Assembly (NCBI GenBank): GCA_051362555.1
Contig: CM120642.1
Span: forward strand, 21,018,001 to 21,082,000
DNA from: Lingula anatina
Taxonomy: Eukaryota > Animalia > Brachiopoda
DNA: 64,000 bases
Direction: 5' to 3'
The notes under the pieces were generated by a model. That model did no database searches. It was not told the DNA's origin and worked only from the letters and a program-made list of their open reading frames with translations. Below, in pieces: positions 50,721-64,000 of this stretch (position 1 is the first letter of the stretch; each line of letters starts with the position of its first letter). Both the position numbers and the translations under genes were made by a program.

Positions 50721-52431
50721 TGCAGCGGCCTGTGAAGTTACATATTAATAATTTATCTAGTGATAAATCGGATTTTAATTTTTAGGATTTATAAAATGAC
50801 ACAAGTAGGTATAAAGCAGAAGAACAATTTTTATCACGTGGTGATTTAGAATATTTGAACAAGTAGTGTGAACAAATACTAAAAATGCAGAGTATATGCT
50901 GCTTTAAAATTGTGAACTTTAAAAAGGCCGTCACTGTGAATACATATGCAATGTGGGCAAATTTAATTATATTGTGAAATCAGTTCTGAAATGAGGTAAG
51001 ATATGACAAATTTCTTCTACAATGATCCCAGACAGCAATATGATGATTACGACATCTTGGGTGGAATGTCAAAATTTTATATATGGACATAAGAGGTCAT
51101 CAGTGCCTCTTGTGAAATGGCGTGCACATAAGACGCTTGCTTCGATTTTAATGGCCCCTTCTGGTTGCCATGGTAAAATGTATGTTTCTTGGTACCAGGC
51201 TTTTGCAGCTCCAAGCAGAATAAACTATTTTCTAGATTATAAAAGAATATTAATATTTCATTTATGAATATTCGCTTCTCTTGTCCTCTGGCACACACAC
51301 AGATTCTTTAATCAGCATTAAGAAGCACTCCTTCCACCACTTTGGCAATTGAGATTAAACAATGGATTCTTAAATAGAAACTACTCAAAATTCAAGAACT
51401 TATTTAAACTACTGCACAGAATCCTGTACAATGGATGTTGTTTGAATAACATTATTGTTTTGAGTTTGCATCTGGGCAAGAATACTTCTTGCAACAATCA
51501 ATGATAACAAAACAGTAAGCATTCTGAGAGAAATTTATTCATTTCTTTTTATCATCAAGCAATTCACAAATAAATAAGGTAAAAAAAATGATGAGCACAT
51601 ATTCATGGAGGGTTGAAATAAAAAAAGTTAACTATGAAGGAAACTTTACAATGGCACAAGAGCTTCATGGAAAGTACCCTAAAAATAATTAGCCTAATAA
51701 GGAAAGCCGACTACAGTACGGCTAAATTTCAAGTTTGTACAGTGTATTGCCATGGAACTGATAAATAATTACCATACCATAAAAATCAGTGAAACTCTGT
51801 TTTAAGCTTGAAAATATTTGAAAGCTCCTCCCCTTGGAAAAGCCTTTCCAAATTTTAGGACATCTGCATTTCTAGTGACACTTAAAAGGGAAGGGTTAAA
51901 ATAACAAGTGTGGAAAGTGACCATGAACAGTGGTGGATCCAGAGATGTTTTCTGACAGTCTTCCAAATTATCTTTATTGATCCATCCTCCATTTTTGACC
52001 GTTTTCCTACAGAAAAAATTAGATAAGCGTCAACGTAAACTTGAAAATCTGACCGTCTCCTGGAAGACCCAGAAGATGGCCTAAATCCACCCCAGATAAA
52101 ACAGTTGTGGTTTAGGACAATTTTGACAAAAATATTTAAGCTAAACTCTTGAAGTGGTACAAGAGCACCAGGTCAAACACTGGCCAGCCTCCTCACCTGG
52201 ATTGTGGCATGCACCAGCAAGTCTCACAGAGGGTTGCCACACCAATCACAAATGCTCATTTTTATGGTACCATACACAGACATATGGGACAGTTCAAACA
52301 GCCATCTAACATACATTTGAAGTGTGGTGCTGATGTTCAGACATGAAAAGCAGGCATGCACGGAATTTTAAAAATGAAGAAGTTGGCTGGAACTCGGGCA
52401 TGTCTCAAACATCCATAAACCTCTGTAATTT

Positions 52432-52500
52432 CTGACATGACATGTATGAGTGTCCCAGTTTCACAATCGGTAACATAGATCTTGCAGTCACCTGCACTGC
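52432..52500 (-). pseudogene. Orphan duplicated fragment of a WDR47 exon
   Basis: 69 nt align to 55411-55479 with about 8 mismatches. They translate as AGDCKIYVTDCETGTLIHVMS, versus AGDCKIYVTDCETGTPIRVMS in the gene. Confidence 0.85.
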
Positions 52501-53750
52501 AAGTAGCAATCAGATCCCGCTACAACATACATGAGCAGTTGAGAGAAGCATAGACTGTCTAACCCAGTTTGCCAACTACTGCCTAAACTTATATATATAT
52601 ATATATATATATATATGGTTTTATGACAGTTCCATACCAGTCCATTAACATCTAGGTCCATTACATTTTCTCTAATGACATCTACTCTGATGAAATGTCT
52701 CAACCCAAGATAGTCATTAGCTAATGTGTTAACCTCTTTGTACTTTGTGTAAAACAACCTTGAACTATATCTGTACCAAAATGATGACTATTTTTGCTCA
52801 GTTGTGCACATCATGAGCATTTATAAATAAAAAATGGTGGTGACTTGCATCTTACACTCTGACCTAAATAATCTTAAATAAATCAAGCAAGTTGTCATCC
52901 CTAATCACATATATCATAATCAAGATTCATTAATGGCTATGAAAAAAGCTGAAAGTCAAAAAATCAAAGGTAGAATTGATCTTTCTCTGATGGGTTTCGG
53001 CTTCCCATAATTTATGAAAAAAGACATAATTCGTGTTTCTGAACAACCAATGAAAATCTATTGGAGGCATCTTTTAAAAATAGACAAAGAGTGTATGTCT
53101 GACTGCAAAAAGCATTTATGTAAACAAGTGATCTTTGCCGACTGAATCTGAATAAACAATGGGTTTACTTTGACCACTGAGGGTGATGAACATGCACTAA
53201 TTAACACAGAGTTTTTCTTTGGATGTAAAACTGCTAAGGAAGCATGCACTGCACCTCAGTTACAAGGCTTGGAAGAGCAGCATCAAGGTAGAGAATTAAT
53301 TAATGTCCAATAATATTTTGAACAACAGTACGTAGAAGCAATCCAACTTGTTTTCAGTGTAATTTAAATGTTAGTTATGAGGGGAAATTATCTTCACTTG
53401 AGATTTTACCCATATAGCTAAAATCTTGACAATCTAGTTTTGTATGACATCATGTACAGCCATGAGTCTTGATTTAAGTGGTCAGTATATAATTATCACT
53501 GACACACCTTTAGTTCAAAGACATATTTCATTATTATTATTATTTTTTGAAGATAAGTGACCTTTTTTTCACCAGAAAGTTACTTTCTTTACAATCTAAT
53601 TTGTAAAAGAAATATAAATTAACATATGAAGGTAAGTATTTTGACCTTAGATTTTTTTGTACATAGACACATATGATATATTTAATTTAGAAGTGCAAGT
53701 ACTCAGTAGTCCATTATAGCATATAAGGTTATATCCAATGAGTGCACACA

Positions 53751-61499
<7,749 letters not shown>

Positions 61500-62333
61500 C
61501 GTGATGCGTGGCTACTTGATTCCTAAAAATGCGTTTAGCAGAATGCTTTTTCTGTGGAACACAAACTACAGCATAATAAATTATGCCAAATCGATACCCG
61601 TCGCCGTCGAAATCCTGAAATGTATGCTGAATTATGACAGTCCGTCGGTTTCGACTATTCGATCTACTTCCCACACAACACACCCAGGAGATGAAGTATA
61701 TGCGCTTCTATCTTGGAACTTCAAGGGTGGCTGTCTTGTGATTTACTTGAAAAATATTGCGTTTTATACAGCTATTCGGCTCTATCATTTGTCTGGCATC
61801 TTCCGACCGGTGCCAGTAGTCCACCATATTGGAATACATTAGCGACGGAAATAGCCGGAGATTATCAAATATATTTTAGGTCCAATTTCCACCCTTAAAT
61901 GCATACAGTCAGATATATTATTTATAACTTGTTTTTAAAATAAAACACAAAAAATGACCAACTCATTCTTCATAGGACCTTCCCCGTACCAGTTGCGCTT
62001 AAAAAAAGGGCATCTGCGCATGTGCTGAAATTATTAAAACGATCTTTTCTTCTTCGTGCAGTCAGACACCGTTAAGAGAAGTTACCACTACACAATCATT
62101 TAAATGTAACTAAAGTGACTATATCTAAAAGTGTGCAGATACCACATAAGACGTTAAAATCTACAAGTAAAACTAACTGGTCTGAGAGGGCACGTACGTT
62201 TTGTCTTATATGACGTCTAGTTGCCTGAGAAGGCATGGCCATAGCCGGTCGCCGGTGCTTAACGGAAGCATGTTTTTCGGAGTGTTGGGTTTGAACTTCC
62301 TCTTAAGTCTAAAATCTGAAATTATATTTTGAG
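61500..62333. promoter_or_regulatory. Bidirectional promoter / 5' UTRs of WDR47 and EEFSEC
   Basis: The divergent ATGs are 834 bp apart and the region is CpG-rich. NRF1-like tgcgcatgtgc at ~62015, CRE-like tgacgtc at ~62211, ETS-like cggaag at ~62263. Confidence 0.55.
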
Positions 62334-63852
62334 ATGCAAGGCACACTGAATTTCAATGTTGGTGTTTTGGGACATATTGATAGTGGGAAAACTAGCTTGA
62401 CAAAAGCTTTGAGCACTGTTGCAAGCACAGCCTCGTTCGATAAAAATCCGCAAAGTAGGGAAAGGGGAATCACACTTGATTTAGGATTTTCCTCGTTCAC
62501 CGTAGATATACCAGAGCATCTCCGTCAACATGGAAGCTATGACAAACTTCAGTTCACTCTTGTAGACTGTCCTGGACATGCCTCTCTCATCAGAACAATA
62601 ATTGGTGGTAAGTTTGTGTTTGTTCTTTGCACAACTTAAATGACTTAAAGGACACCGTCCGATCAGTAAATATATAGGTATGTTAAAAAAAAAAAAAAAA
62701 TCAAGGCAGCCATATGGAGTATAAAAAAAGGATTTTGATACCAAAACCAAGTCTGTAGCCAAAAAATTGACAAAAATATCCTTCCCCCAGTTTTACACAT
62801 AAACCCGTTTAACATTATGAGTTGTGAAATCTGTGGTCATCAAAATTGAAGTGTTACACAAAAATGTTCCCTGTTTTCATAAAAATCATAATTCAGTGAA
62901 AATTTCCAGGAGAAACAGACTGAAGCATCTTGGATAGAATTTTTTATTTAAATCTGAAATAGACGGAGAAAATCAATTGATTTAAAAATCAATTAATAAG
63001 CAATTAAACCCAGATGTGCTAATTAAAATAAAATAAATAAAAAGTGCATGGATCTTTCCCCACTTAATGAAACCCAGTAAGTAAAACCCTACAATAAAAA
63101 GTGACTTATTTATTGTTATTGTTGTTGTGATTAACCAATGTTATAATAGTCATTATATATTGGCCATTGTTAATTGTTATTGCTATCATTATTTACCCTA
63201 GCTAATAACCCCTGATCCAAGTGTCGACAGTATGGTTATAAAAATATATCTTCCATTGTTTATTTTAAATGTATTTTTAGTAAAGATGTAACATGTATAT
63301 TTATGTTTTGTGAAATGGGAGGCCTGGGATCAAATTTGCTATTGACCATGAGGACATCAAGGGTATGGTACCTAGACTTTGTGATAGTAGTTGATATCAG
63401 GGCTTTTCATAGGATTGGGGGTACAGGACGTCCAACTTGCCATGAGGGGGTGGGAGGTTAAAAATAAAATTATAAAATGTACAAAAATACATTTCAAAAG
63501 GGAGGGGGTTAAAATAATGTTTACTGTGTACCAGAGCCACACTGTGTCTTAGGAAGTGTTGCCTTAATCTTTGCACAGAAATAAGATTACTTTGTTAGCT
63601 TTATATATGTAACTCAAATGAAGTACTTCAACCCACCTTGCACTGAGGATATAATGTATAATTGGTACAAGTTCTATTGTAGGTGCTCAGATCATAGACC
63701 TGATGATGTTGGTGGTAGATGTGACCAAGGGAATTCAAACACAGACTGCAGAATGCCTTCTATTGGGAGAAATCACCTGTGAGAAGATGGTAGTCGTATT
63801 AAATAAGATTGACTTACTCCCTGAAGACAAGAGGCAAAGTGCAATTGAAAAG
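62334..63852 (+). CDS. EEFSEC: Selenocysteine-specific elongation factor, first two coding exons; continues beyond the window
   Basis: Exons 62334-62607 and 63683-63852 (phase 1 GT-AG intron). Motifs: NFNVGVLGHIDSGKTSL (G1), ERGITLDLGFS (G2), LVDCPGHASLIRTIIGGAQIID (G3), GIQTQTAEC, LNKID (G4). Confidence 0.95.
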
Positions 63853-64000
63853 GTACAGCTATAGTCTTTTTTTATACCATGGCTGGTGCTTCAAACACAT
63901 TAGATAATAACCTTGCGCGCGTTATACGTCACAGGTCTTGCGTAACTACCCACGTGCTACGATTTTTCCCTTGGGGGGGCAGCAAGCGGCCATTTTGTAC

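Noticed and set aside
62334-63852. Bacterial SelB or contamination; SECIS elements or selenoproteins nearby
   Set aside because: The gene has spliceosomal introns and eukaryotic EEFSEC motifs. None of the six reconstructed genes needs an in-frame TGA, and I could not support any SECIS.

Overview
AT-rich, intron-containing animal genomic DNA, probably a lophotrochozoan or similar invertebrate; it is not prokaryotic. Six spliced genes were reconstructed by hand with consistent reading-frame phases: the 3' end of neurobeachin (NBEA/LRBA family, +), cyclin I (-) head-to-head with cyclin G (+), heparan sulfate 2-O-sulfotransferase (-), WDR47 (-), and the start of the selenocysteine elongation factor EEFSEC (+), which is head-to-head with WDR47. 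Introns and the 40-51 kb intergenic block hold Helentron/HINE-like repeats, a 2.4 kb PIF/Harbinger-type element, several MITEs, RTE and L2/CR1 LINE fragments, and a frameshifted OTU-protease relic. The most unusual structure is a 48-bp x ~14 tandem amplification of a WDR47 exon/intron junction. It creates 13 in-frame CAG|GTGAGT donors, each able to add 16 aa. A parallel 54-bp triplication of a splice acceptor occurs in cyclin G, and an orphan copy of the same WDR47 exon segment lies downstream of that gene. All identifications come from motif recognition; no database search was run.
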